Below are positions 29,511 through 39,714 of a DNA stretch of 64,000 bases, in pieces; the stretch's first letter is position 1, and each line of letters opens with the position of its first letter. Source of the DNA: Daejeonella sp. (GTDB taxonomy: Bacteria > Bacteroidota > Bacteroidia > Sphingobacteriales > Sphingobacteriaceae); contig NZ_JBIKSU010000004.1 in assembly GCF_044348475.1 (NCBI RefSeq), positions 7,602 to 71,601 on the forward strand, written 5' to 3'. The translations under genes and the position numbers were made by a program. The notes below the pieces were generated by a model. That model ran no database searches, was not told where the DNA came from, and saw only the letters and a list, made by a program, of their open reading frames with translations.

Positions 29511-31418
29511 TTAAACTTGCTCCTTAGCTTTTGGCTTCTTAGCATTATTCTTTTCCCATTCCTCCTGTATACGTTCAGCCTCAGGATTATCTTCGAAATC
29601 ATGTAGAAGATTAGAGCTCATTGTTTCAGAGAAAGGTGTAGTTTGAGGGATAAAGTCTGTATGATGTCCAGGCTTGCTATAATCATATGGCCAACGGTAA
29701 ACTGAAGGAATTTCTCCAGACCAGTTTCCATGTAAATGTTCTACCGGAGCGGTCCATTCTAAAGTGTTTGAATCCCATGGATTTTGTGGTGATTTCTTAC
29801 CATAAAACATAGAGTAAAAGAAGTTCCATAAGAAAGCAACCTGTGCAAGGGCCGAAATAATTGCAGCCCAGGTAATGAAAACATTCACGGTTAACCATTC
29901 CTGCATAAATGCAAATTCAGTAAATGCATAGTAACGACGAGGAACACCATCAAGGCCCATAAAGTGCATTGGGAAGAATACCAAGTAGGCACCAATAAAA
30001 GTTAACCAAAAATGAAGGAATCCTAAACGCTCATCCATCATACGCCCAAACATTCTTGGATACCAGTGGTAAACACCGCAAAGCATTCCGAAAATTGCAG
30101 CACAACCCATTACTAGGTGAAAGTGAGCTACTACAAAATAGGTGTCGTGAAGGTTTATATCAAGAGCTGCGTTTCCTAGAAATATACCGGTTAAACCTCC
30201 TGAGATAAAGAAGGATACTAAACCAATTGCAAATAACATAGCAGGAGTAAATCTCAGGTTACCTCTCCAAATAGTAGCCAGGTAATTGAATGTCTTTACT
30301 GCTGAAGGAACTGCAATGATCAGGGTTGTGATCATGAATACTCCTCCAAGGAATGGATTCATACCTGTAATAAACATATGATGACCCCATACAATGAATG
30401 AAAGAACTGTAATACCTATCAAAGAATAAACCATGGCATGGTAACCAAATATAGGTTTCCTTGAATTTGTAGCAATTACCTCTGAGGTAAGCCCCAATGC
30501 TGGCATAATCACGATATAAACTTCAGGATGGCCAAGGAACCAAAATAAGTGTTGCCATAATACAGGACTACCACCTTGATTAGGCAGAATTTGGCCTGCT
30601 ACAACAATGTCAGAAAGATAAAAACTTGTACCAAAGCTACGGTCAAATATTAACAAAACAACAGCTGATACTAATACAGGGAAAGATAATACCCCTACAA
30701 TTGCAGTTAAGAAGAATGCCCAGATAGTTAAAGGCATTTTCCACATATCCATACCTTTGGTACGCATATTCAGAATTGTTGAAATATAGTTAAGCGCTCC
30801 AATTAAGGCCGATGCAACAAAGGCTACCATACTTATAAGCCATAAAGTCATTCCAGTACCAGAACCACTGATGGCTTTAGGCAAAGCAGACAATGGAGGA
30901 TATACCGTCCAACCAGCACTAGCAGGTCCGCTTTCAACAAAGAATGAAGCCATCATAATAACACAAGCTAAAAAGAATAGCCAGTATGAAAGCATGTTAA
31001 TGAATGGTGAAGCCATATCTCTGGCGCCCAACTGCAATGGAATTAGAAGATTACTAAACGTTCCGCTAAGCCCGGCAGTTAATACAAAGAATACCATGAT
31101 TGTACCATGAATGGTAACTATGGCTAGGTAAAAGTCTGGTTTTATTCGCCCTCCTTCTGCCCATTTTTCTCCAAGGAATGTTTCGAGTAATGGGAAGCTT
31201 TTATCTGGCCAAGCTAATTGTAGTCTGAACAGAATTGATAATACCATTGCTACTACAGCCATAATAATTCCTGTTATCAGAAATTGCTTGGCAATCATTT
31301 TATGATCCTGACTAAAGATATATTTTGTTATAAATGTTTCTTTATGATGTCCATGGTCATGACTGTGATCATCATGTTGGTGAAGTACAGCTGAATCGTG
31401 TGTTGCAGAGCTTGCCAT
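29511..31418 (-). CDS. ctaD: cytochrome c oxidase subunit I
   Basis: 635-aa ORF with canonical heme-copper oxidase motifs (WFFGHPEVY, HHMF, VAHFHLV). Confidence 0.95.
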   Translation of the reverse strand: MASSATHDSAVLHQHDDHSHDHGHHKETFITKYIFSQDHKMIAKQFLITGIIMAVVAMVLSILFRLQLAWPDKSFPLLETFLGEKWAEGGRIKPDFYLAIVTIHGTIMVFFVLTAGLSGTFSNLLIPLQLGARDMASPFINMLSYWLFFLACVIMMASFFVESGPASAGWTVYPPLSALPKAISGSGTGMTLWLISMVAFVASALIGALNYISTILNMRTKGMDMWKMPLTIWAFFLTAIVGVLSFPVLVSAVVLLIFDRSFGTSFYLSDIVVAGQILPNQGGSPVLWQHLFWFLGHPEVYIVIMPALGLTSEVIATNSRKPIFGYHAMVYSLIGITVLSFIVWGHHMFITGMNPFLGGVFMITTLIIAVPSAVKTFNYLATIWRGNLRFTPAMLFAIGLVSFFISGGLTGIFLGNAALDINLHDTYFVVAHFHLVMGCAAIFGMLCGVYHWYPRMFGRMMDERLGFLHFWLTFIGAYLVFFPMHFMGLDGVPRRYYAFTEFAFMQEWLTVNVFITWAAIISALAQVAFLWNFFYSMFYGKKSPQNPWDSNTLEWTAPVEHLHGNWSGEIPSVYRWPYDYSKPGHHTDFIPQTTPFSETMSSNLLHDFEDNPEAERIQEEWEKNNAKKPKAKEQV

Positions 31419-31420
31419 AA

Positions 31421-32752
31421 TTATTTTATAATAGTATTAGTATTTAAAGCAATTTTATTGTTTTCATCAGCAGATTTTTTGTTAACCATCTGAAGTTCTT
31501 TTTTAACATCATCATTGTAGTAAAGAGCCTGTTTAGCTAACCATGTAGCGTACTCAGCCTCAGAAACCACAGTAACTTTTGCTTGCATGTTATAATGTCC
31601 TGCACCGCAAATTTTAGCACAAAGTAAAACGTAGTTATATTCCGGATTATTTCTTTCTACTCTTACCTCAGCAGTTGTTAAACGTGGTGTAAACTGGAAG
31701 TAAGTAGGCATTCCCGGAACAGCATTCATTTGTACTCTAAAGTCAGGAAGATAAAAACTATGAAGTACGTCTTTAGAGCCAATTGTGAATCGGACTGGCT
31801 TATTTACTGGAATAACTATCTCACTTACAAGCTTATCATCCCAGCTTTTTTGATCTTTAAAATCAATTCCGAGTCCGTTAGTAGGTGTAGTTAGTTTATA
31901 ATTACGCGTACCAATTTGATTATCGGCTCCAGCATATCTTAAACTCCATTTAAACTGCTCACCTGTAATCTCAATATTGATTGCTTTCTTCTGATCTTCA
32001 GGAGAAACATTAGTAATGCCTCTCCAGGTAAAGAATCCTAATAATACAAGCACAGTTAAAACAATAGCTGGTATAATTGTCCAAATTCTTTCCAATGAAT
32101 TATTGTGAGGATAGAAGTATGCCTTTCTATTTTCAGATCCTCTGTACTTAAATGAAAATCCAAATAGCGCTATGTGTGTTAGAATAAATACAATTGTAGT
32201 TAATATCAAGGTTATATTGAACATATAATCAATATCCAAACCATGAACAGATGCAGACTCATGCATACTCATAGGGCCCTGAACCGAATAAGACCAGTAA
32301 ACACCGTAAATTCCAACAATTAAAGCTATGCCGAGTAAGACACCATTTATTCTTCTGCTATCAATCTTAGACTTTTGACCTTGCATCTCACGGCTTATTT
32401 CATAAACCTTCAAAATTTTTCCAATGATTGCAATAAAAATGCAAAGAAGGAAAAACATCATTAGGTAATAAGAGCCTGAACGATAAGCTTCAGAATAATC
32501 TTTAGTTACTTCTAGTGGTTGCATGTTTTTATAACGAGCAACAGTATCAACAGCAGTGCTGATCAATGGCACATTAGATGGCGACAATTCGGATAAAGCA
32601 GACTTAGCAGCAGTATCTATTGCAGCTGTTGTTGAACTAACTGTAGAGTCCTGAACCTCCTGGGCAAATAATGTATTAGCCATTAGGGTAATAGTGCATA
32701 TGACGAGCAATGCAGCTGCAGTTCTGATATTAAAAATTTCTCTTAACCTCAT
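31421..32752 (-). CDS. cytochrome c oxidase subunit II (no fused heme c domain)
   Basis: 443-aa ORF with a CuA motif (CAKICGAGHYNM) and a long N-terminal extension carrying a signal peptide. No CxxCH motif is present. Confidence 0.9.
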   Translation of the reverse strand: MRLREIFNIRTAAALLVICTITLMANTLFAQEVQDSTVSSTTAAIDTAAKSALSELSPSNVPLISTAVDTVARYKNMQPLEVTKDYSEAYRSGSYYLMMFFLLCIFIAIIGKILKVYEISREMQGQKSKIDSRRINGVLLGIALIVGIYGVYWSYSVQGPMSMHESASVHGLDIDYMFNITLILTTIVFILTHIALFGFSFKYRGSENRKAYFYPHNNSLERIWTIIPAIVLTVLVLLGFFTWRGITNVSPEDQKKAINIEITGEQFKWSLRYAGADNQIGTRNYKLTTPTNGLGIDFKDQKSWDDKLVSEIVIPVNKPVRFTIGSKDVLHSFYLPDFRVQMNAVPGMPTYFQFTPRLTTAEVRVERNNPEYNYVLLCAKICGAGHYNMQAKVTVVSEAEYATWLAKQALYYNDDVKKELQMVNKKSADENNKIALNTNTIIK

Positions 32753-32792
32753 TTTATTCGTAGTATTTTCTTTTTGCTATTAAGAACTGTGT

Positions 32793-34013
32793 TTAAATCT
32801 GGTGGTTGATACTCTCTTCTAAGAAAGGATGATTAGTTGACACCAATGATCTTTTCGTTAATTGACTTAGCAAAAGGAATGTAAAAAACCCAACAAAACC
32901 TATTGCAATTCCAATTTCAATTATTCCAAATCCTCTATGCGATTCTACTGTTCCAGGCATGATCATCATATAATAATCTAGCCAATGCCCACACAACAGC
33001 ATGATACATACGAACATTAGTCTATTCATTTGACGCTTAGAATCTCTGGCCATCAAAATTAAAATTGGAGCTACAAAGTTAATTATGATATTCAACCAGA
33101 ACCATGGAAGGTATTCAGGTTCCCAACGCTTATAAAAATAAACTGTTTCTTCAGGTATGTTAGCATAGTAAATAAGAAGGAACTGCGAAAACCAGATGTA
33201 GGTCCAGAATATAGAGAATGCGAAAATGAATTTACCAAGATCATGTAAATGATTCTCATTAACCCATGATAGGTATCCAGATTTCTTCATTAAGATTACA
33301 ATCAGTGTAATCACACATAAACCACTAACCCACATAGCCGCAAAATTATACCATCCAAACATCGTGGAAAACCAGTGAGCTTCTAATGACATAATGGTAT
33401 CAAAAGCCCAAATAGGAGTTGTAAATCCAAAAATGATCAAGAAAATTGCCGACCACTTAAAACTCTTATCATAGAAAACCAATCCGCCTTCTAACTCTTC
33501 ACGCTGCGCATATTTAGCAAATAACCAAGCAAAGTAACTATATGCTCCCAGAAACAGAACAAGTCTTGTTAAAAAGAATGGAACATTCAAAAATGCTGCT
33601 TTTCCGGCAATAAGTTTATCATAACTAGGGCTTGCTGGATCTGTTAAACCTTCGGCATTCCAGTGATGATATAAATTGTGTGTCATAAGACCTGCAGCAC
33701 AAACAACAATAAGGACTAAAGATGCAATAGGTAGCACTCTTGACATTGCTTGCGGAATTCGGATCAATCCAGTTGCCCATCCGGCCTGCGCAACATATTG
33801 CAAAGCAATAAAGAACAAACCGGTTGCACAAACACAAGTAGTGTAATAAGCCATTAAAAGCAAGTTGGCAAAAGTACGTTCCTGCTGTCCGGTAATAAAA
33901 CCGAAGGCTATAGTAAGAATTCCAACCACTATCGCTAGTAAGGTCCAGGTTTTTAATTTTCCCGAAAATGTGAATTGTTCAGTGAAATTATGAGTATGAT
34001 TATGATTTCCCAT
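32793..34013 (-). CDS. actF: alternative complex III subunit ActF (quinol:cytochrome c oxidoreductase membrane subunit)
   Basis: 406-aa polytopic NrfD-like ORF, at the last position of the act cluster. Confidence 0.8.
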   Translation of the reverse strand: MGNHNHTHNFTEQFTFSGKLKTWTLLAIVVGILTIAFGFITGQQERTFANLLLMAYYTTCVCATGLFFIALQYVAQAGWATGLIRIPQAMSRVLPIASLVLIVVCAAGLMTHNLYHHWNAEGLTDPASPSYDKLIAGKAAFLNVPFFLTRLVLFLGAYSYFAWLFAKYAQREELEGGLVFYDKSFKWSAIFLIIFGFTTPIWAFDTIMSLEAHWFSTMFGWYNFAAMWVSGLCVITLIVILMKKSGYLSWVNENHLHDLGKFIFAFSIFWTYIWFSQFLLIYYANIPEETVYFYKRWEPEYLPWFWLNIIINFVAPILILMARDSKRQMNRLMFVCIMLLCGHWLDYYMMIMPGTVESHRGFGIIEIGIAIGFVGFFTFLLLSQLTKRSLVSTNHPFLEESINHQI

Positions 34014-34030
34014 CTGGTTTTAGCAATTGA

Positions 34031-34615
34031 CTATTGTAATTTTTGTAATTCGTGAACGTACATAACAATTTTCCACCTTTGCTCAGGGGATAATTGAGAT
34101 TTGTGTGGACCCATAAGGTTAACACCGTGTGTAATAGTATGGTAGATCTTACCATCAGTAAGGTCTTTCATAGAACCGCCTCTTGAAGAGTTTCCTGTAG
34201 AATAAGAAGGAGGTCCTGGAAATTTACCTAGTTTAACAATTGATCCATCACCTTTTCCTTCTAAACCATGGCAATGAGAGCACATGTTTAGATAGAGTGT
34301 TTTTCCTTGCTCTAATGTTGGAACACTAACCGGTAATGGGTTTGATAATGACGCACTTGCAGCCTGGTATCCTTCAAGCGTATTTGGGTAAGCATCATTT
34401 TTATCAAATCCAACAGGCATTGTTCCAGCAGGAGGATTTTGCGCAGTCTTTCCGTCTTTAAAATTCTTGTTTGGCTGATCCGGATTGTAAGCAATCGGTT
34501 CATACATATTCCGTGCATATTCTAATCCCGTACTTCTATTATCTGAACAAGAAGAAATAACTGAAGCAGCTGCAACAGTTAAAAAAGCGGTACAAATTAT
34601 TAGGAGCTTATTCAT
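34031..34615 (-). CDS. actE: alternative complex III monoheme cytochrome c lipoprotein ActE
   Basis: Single CxxCH (CSHCHG). Started at the ATG at 34615 (MNKLLIICTAFLTVAAASVISSC, lipobox), which overlaps the actD stop by 8 nt. The track's longer start is unlikely. Confidence 0.82.
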   Translation of the reverse strand: MNKLLIICTAFLTVAAASVISSCSDNRSTGLEYARNMYEPIAYNPDQPNKNFKDGKTAQNPPAGTMPVGFDKNDAYPNTLEGYQAASASLSNPLPVSVPTLEQGKTLYLNMCSHCHGLEGKGDGSIVKLGKFPGPPSYSTGNSSRGGSMKDLTDGKIYHTITHGVNLMGPHKSQLSPEQRWKIVMYVHELQKLQ

Positions 34616-35144
34616 AACTAACATATTTCCTTTCGTTGTGCTTAACTTCAACAGCACCGGCTTTTTTTAAAATGTCATCAATTTTATCATGGGAAGGATT
34701 TGCTTTTGCATCAATGGCAACAACGAATCTGTCATTGGTTGCACGTAGATCCATTACTCTAGGTGCGCGCCCTGGCGCCAGGTGGTTTACAAAAAAGTAA
34801 GTGCCAACCATTCCGAATGCCGCAAACAATACTGTTAATTCAAACATGATCGGTACAAAATCAGGAAAAGCAAAATGTGGTTTTCCCCCGATATTCATTG
34901 GCCAATCAATAACCAGCATATAGGTAATCATTGAAATCGCAGTAATTGTTCCGGTTAAACCGAAACCAAATGCCACCTTACCTAAGCGTGACCGTCTGAT
35001 CCCAAGCTTATCTTCAATACCGTGAATAGGCATCGGAGTGAACACATCATAAACACTGATGTTGTTTTCCTGAAGCTTGTCTATTCCGTGCATCATATCA
35101 TCCGGATCCGCAAAATGACCTAAAATGTATTTTATATTACTCAT
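34608..35144 (-). CDS. actD: alternative complex III subunit ActD (DUF3341)
   Basis: 178-aa ORF with two central TM helices, between actC and actE. Confidence 0.8.
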   Translation of the reverse strand: MSNIKYILGHFADPDDMMHGIDKLQENNISVYDVFTPMPIHGIEDKLGIRRSRLGKVAFGFGLTGTITAISMITYMLVIDWPMNIGGKPHFAFPDFVPIMFELTVLFAAFGMVGTYFFVNHLAPGRAPRVMDLRATNDRFVVAIDAKANPSHDKIDDILKKAGAVEVKHNERKYVSYE

Positions 35145-35146
35145 CG

Positions 35147-36625
35147 TTAAACTTTTTCGTATTCAGCAACTTTAGGTGAAATACTATCATATTTCTCTAA
35201 AGATTCAATGTAATATTCTGCCTGTCCTTTATCTACAGACTTCTCAGCAATTAGCTTTTGTTTTGCCTGATCACTTGAGCTCTTAAGTAAGAGTTTCACC
35301 TCTGCCATTGCAATTGCTGGCAATACCCTAAGAAATAAAAGAAATAAGGTAAAGAACAATCCAATTGAACCAATAAATATGCCCACATCTACCCAGCTAG
35401 GATAGAACATTACCCAACTTGATGGAAGGTAATCACGGTGCAAGGAGGTTACGATAATGACAAAACGCTCGAACCACATACCAATATTTACCACAATTGA
35501 TAATAACCAAGACAGCGCAATACTTGTACGCACCTTTTTGAACCAGAATAATTGCGGAGAAATAACGTTACAGGTCATCATGATCCAGTACGCCCACCAG
35601 TATGGTCCGCTAACCCTGTTTAAAAATGCATATTGCTCATATTCAACTCCTGAGTACCAGGCAATAAATAATTCAGTTAAATAAGCTACACCTACTATTG
35701 AACCAGTAAGAATAATGATCTTATTCATTGATTCAATATGGAACATGGTAATGTAGTTTTCAAAGTTCATTACTTTACGCGTTACTAACAATAAAGTTTG
35801 AACCATCGCAAATCCTGAAAAGATCGCTCCAGCAACAAAGTATGGAGGGAAGATCGTAGTATGCCATCCCGGAATAACTGATGTTGCAAAGTCCATGGAT
35901 ACGATTGTGTGTACCGAAAGTACAAGTGGTGTAGAAACACCCGCAAGTATCAGCGATACCAATTCAAAACGCTGCCATGTTTTAACTGAACCATTCCATC
36001 CAAAAGAAAGAATGGAATAAATACGACGGCGTGTACCAATTGCACGGTCACGGATAGTAGCGATATCAGGAAGTAAACCCGTATACCAGAACACTAAAGA
36101 AACCGAGAAATAGGTAGAAATTGCGAATACGTCCCAAACTAATGGAGAGTTAAAGTTCACCCACAATGAACCATATTGATTCGGTAATGGAAGTGCCCAA
36201 TGAAACAACCAAGGCCGACCCATGTGTGAAATAATATATGAAGCCGCACAGATAACAGCAAAAATGGTCATTGCCTCTGCTGAACGATTGATTGAGTTTC
36301 GCCAGTTTTGACGGAACAGGAGTAAAACGGCCGATATCAAAGTTCCGGCATGTCCAATACCTACCCACCATACGAAACCTGTAATATCCCAGGCCCAACC
36401 TACAGTTTTATTTAACCCCCATTCTCCAACACCAAACCAGAAGGTCCAGCTTACTGAGAATATCCATAGACCTGCACCCATGGCAGATACTATAAAGCCA
36501 ATCCACCAGGCTTTATTTGGTTTGTTTTCTACGGGAACCAATATATCTTCGGTGACCTTGGAATAGGTAATGTTCTGACCGGTTACTAAGGGTTCTCTAA
36601 GTATAGACTCGTGATGAGATGACAT
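35147..36625 (-). CDS. actC: alternative complex III subunit ActC (NrfD/PsrC-like quinol-interacting membrane subunit)
   Basis: 492-aa polytopic ORF of the NrfD-like family, directly downstream of actB. Confidence 0.85.
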   Translation of the reverse strand: MSSHHESILREPLVTGQNITYSKVTEDILVPVENKPNKAWWIGFIVSAMGAGLWIFSVSWTFWFGVGEWGLNKTVGWAWDITGFVWWVGIGHAGTLISAVLLLFRQNWRNSINRSAEAMTIFAVICAASYIISHMGRPWLFHWALPLPNQYGSLWVNFNSPLVWDVFAISTYFSVSLVFWYTGLLPDIATIRDRAIGTRRRIYSILSFGWNGSVKTWQRFELVSLILAGVSTPLVLSVHTIVSMDFATSVIPGWHTTIFPPYFVAGAIFSGFAMVQTLLLVTRKVMNFENYITMFHIESMNKIIILTGSIVGVAYLTELFIAWYSGVEYEQYAFLNRVSGPYWWAYWIMMTCNVISPQLFWFKKVRTSIALSWLLSIVVNIGMWFERFVIIVTSLHRDYLPSSWVMFYPSWVDVGIFIGSIGLFFTLFLLFLRVLPAIAMAEVKLLLKSSSDQAKQKLIAEKSVDKGQAEYYIESLEKYDSISPKVAEYEKV

Positions 36626-36646
36626 ATCTTTATTAAATTTCTTGTA

Positions 36647-39600
36647 TTAAACCTCTACAGTATTTCTAACTTTTGTTTGATATCCAACGCCTGGCTTGAC
36701 ATTGATCTCTTCCAGAACATAATAGGTACGTTCGCTCTTTAATGCTTTTGACACTTCAGATTCCGGATCATTGCCATCACCAAAGATGATTGCATTTGTT
36801 GGGCAAGTTTGCTGACATGCAACTTTAATATCGCCATCTTTCAACTTGCGCTTATCTAATTTCGCAGCAAGCTTACCAGCCTGAATACGTTGTACGCACA
36901 TGGAACATTTTTCCATTACACCTCTAGAACGGGTAGTAACATCAGGGTTTAATACTAGTTGTGTAAACTCATTGTTCATGTAGTTATCAAAACGAGAATC
37001 ATTCCAATAGTTAAACCAGTTGAATCGACGCACTTTATACGGACAGTTGTTCGCACAATAACGTGTTCCAATACAACGATTGTACGCCATTTGATTCAGA
37101 CCTTCTGATGAGTGTACAGTTGCTAGAACAGGACAAACAGTTTCGCATGGAGCATGATCACAATGCTGACACATCATTGGCTGATGTACAACAGATACGT
37201 TATCCAAATTCTCAAGCTTATCTATTTCTTCTTCTTTAGTTATTCTATTATCACCATCATTGATTGAATAATAACGGTCAATACGTATCCAGTGCATTTC
37301 ACGACGACGACGAACCTCATCACGACCTACAACAGGAATATTGTTTTCAGCATTACAAGCAACAATACATGCACCACAACCAGTACAGGCATTCAAATCG
37401 ATTGCCATTACCCAATTGTGACCCGGCTGTTCATATTCATTCCAAAGATCGTACTTATTCACATGAGCATGCCCTGTACCTGCAGTTGGATCTTTTAGGA
37501 AGTTTTTCAAAGTTGTTTCACGAACAATGTTTCTACCTTCAATGGTATGGTGAGTCTGTGTTTGAGCCAGTTCATAAGTGCCTGAAGCCTTGCTTATACT
37601 TGCAGAAGTTGATATCTGCAGGGTTGCGTTTACAAGACGAAGGAATGGATAAGCATTTTTTCCAACTTCTGAGCCAGCCTTTCCAGCCTTAACTCTTCCA
37701 TAACCTAAAGCTACTGAAACAGTTCCAGTAGCCTGGCCCGGCTGAATTAATACCGGTAGAGTTACACTATATTTATCTGTTTTTATCTCAACAAGATCTA
37801 ATTCAGCGATACCCAATTTTTCAGCAAACTTTGGATTAATAGCGGCATAATTATCCCACGTTACTTTTGAAACCGGATCTGGCAACTCCTGTAACCATGG
37901 ATTATTTGCTGCCTTACCGTCGCCGATAGCAACATTTTGATAAATATGAAGCTCTATTCCATTCTCGCCACCTTTGGCAAGACTGCTGCTTTCAGCGATA
38001 ATGGTCTGAACAACTGAATTTAATTCACGTGAGAAAGAATAAACACCTGCAGATTTTGCCGCAAGAGTAACTGAACCTTTTTGCAAAAGCTCTTTCCACG
38101 TTGTTCCTGATTGTGCAAGAACTGATTTAGACCAGTTATTTTGAATGTACTGATAGTAATCAGTAACTGGGTTTTCAGACCAGATCAATAATCCCTGCTC
38201 AGCATTACGTGAATTATAAACAGGATTGATTGCAGGCTGAATAATAGTATAATAACCTTCTACAGGATTTGAATCGCCCCATGACTCTAAATAATGGTGA
38301 TTTGGAGCTATTACCTGACATAATGAGGATGTTTCATCTTTACGGTCGGCAAAAGAAACACGTAATTTAACCTTACTCAAAGCATCCGTAAATGCTTTAG
38401 CATCATTAAACTCATAGGCAGGATTACTGTTTAAGAAGAAAACTGCATCTACTTCACCACGATTCATTTCATTGACGAACTCCACAAACTCTGCATCATT
38501 TCCAGCAAACTGGTATGATGGATTATCAAGATCAATGGTTGTGCCATAACTGCCCAATAAAGCATTGATGGCATTCACCACTATTTGAATTGAAACATCA
38601 TTTGATCCACTTACAACAAGTGATGCACCCTTAGCAGCTAAAAGCTCTTTTGCAGCAAGCGCGATTGCTTTTTCAGCATTCGGATTATTGGCAAGAGACT
38701 TAGTACCTGATAAAACACCACCCAAGGCAGCATATAAATTAAGTAGAGCAATACCTTCTTCAGATGGCTTTAATGGAAGACGTGCATCTGCATTTGAACC
38801 CGTTAAGCTCATTCCAGTTTCAAACTGAATATGACGAGACATTTTTTTGCCTTCTAAGGCAGTATTATTTCTCTTTGAAACATACTGGCGACTGAACTCT
38901 AATGGAGAGATCCAGGTGCCAAGAAAATCTGCTCCGAAACTTACAATCAGATCAGCTTTATCAAAACGATATCTTGGAAGAACCGCTTTTCCGAAACTAT
39001 TTTCGTTAGCCTTTATAATTCCTGTATACGAAACAGCATCTACCTGAATATGTTTTGTGTTTGGATATTGAGCGGCAAAGTCAGCAATAGCGGCTTTAGT
39101 TGAAGGACTATTGACAGTGGAAGAAACGATACGGATCTTCTTACCCCCTGTTTTCACCGTTAATAATTCCTGCTTGACAAATTTATCAATGTTATCCCAA
39201 GTGGCATCAGCATCATTCAAAACCGGACCTTTAAGTTTTGAAACATCATAAAGATCGAGCACTGAAGCCTGGCCCTTTGCATCTAAACTACCTTTGCTTA
39301 GCATACAATCAGGATTTCCTTCTATTTTGATTGGACGGCCTTCTCGTGTTTTAACAAGAACACTATGACCATTAAAGGTAGAAGTGTAGTAATTAGGAAT
39401 ACCAGGTACAATTTCTTCAGGTTTTACCAGGTAAGGAATTGATTTATGAACCGGAACTTTCTGACAAGCAGCAAGGGTTACTGCACCCAAACCAAATCCA
39501 AGTGCTTTTAAAAAATCGCGTCGCGGGGCTACGGTACCTAAACCTGCCTCATTCAGAACTTCTTCCATTGGAAGCGGTTCAGCGAACTCGTTTTTGCTCT

Positions 39601-39667
39601 TTTCAGCAAAATCTTTAGTGTTCTGCAGCTCTTCTAAACCTTTCCAGTATTTTTTATTGCTTTCCAT
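36647..39667 (-). CDS. actB: alternative complex III subunit ActB (TAT-signal molybdopterin-oxidoreductase-like domain fused to a 4Fe-4S ferredoxin domain)
   Basis: 1006-aa ORF with a twin-arginine signal (PRRDFLKALGFGLGAVTLAAC). The C-terminal part has multiple Cys clusters (CTGCGACIVAC, CQHCDHAPC, CIGTRYCANNCPY). Confidence 0.9.
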   Translation of the reverse strand: MESNKKYWKGLEELQNTKDFAEKSKNEFAEPLPMEEVLNEAGLGTVAPRRDFLKALGFGLGAVTLAACQKVPVHKSIPYLVKPEEIVPGIPNYYTSTFNGHSVLVKTREGRPIKIEGNPDCMLSKGSLDAKGQASVLDLYDVSKLKGPVLNDADATWDNIDKFVKQELLTVKTGGKKIRIVSSTVNSPSTKAAIADFAAQYPNTKHIQVDAVSYTGIIKANENSFGKAVLPRYRFDKADLIVSFGADFLGTWISPLEFSRQYVSKRNNTALEGKKMSRHIQFETGMSLTGSNADARLPLKPSEEGIALLNLYAALGGVLSGTKSLANNPNAEKAIALAAKELLAAKGASLVVSGSNDVSIQIVVNAINALLGSYGTTIDLDNPSYQFAGNDAEFVEFVNEMNRGEVDAVFFLNSNPAYEFNDAKAFTDALSKVKLRVSFADRKDETSSLCQVIAPNHHYLESWGDSNPVEGYYTIIQPAINPVYNSRNAEQGLLIWSENPVTDYYQYIQNNWSKSVLAQSGTTWKELLQKGSVTLAAKSAGVYSFSRELNSVVQTIIAESSSLAKGGENGIELHIYQNVAIGDGKAANNPWLQELPDPVSKVTWDNYAAINPKFAEKLGIAELDLVEIKTDKYSVTLPVLIQPGQATGTVSVALGYGRVKAGKAGSEVGKNAYPFLRLVNATLQISTSASISKASGTYELAQTQTHHTIEGRNIVRETTLKNFLKDPTAGTGHAHVNKYDLWNEYEQPGHNWVMAIDLNACTGCGACIVACNAENNIPVVGRDEVRRRREMHWIRIDRYYSINDGDNRITKEEEIDKLENLDNVSVVHQPMMCQHCDHAPCETVCPVLATVHSSEGLNQMAYNRCIGTRYCANNCPYKVRRFNWFNYWNDSRFDNYMNNEFTQLVLNPDVTTRSRGVMEKCSMCVQRIQAGKLAAKLDKRKLKDGDIKVACQQTCPTNAIIFGDGNDPESEVSKALKSERTYYVLEEINVKPGVGYQTKVRNTVEV

Positions 39668-39714
39668 TTAAGCTATATAACTGTATACGTATGTTATCTT
39701 AAAATTTATTAAAC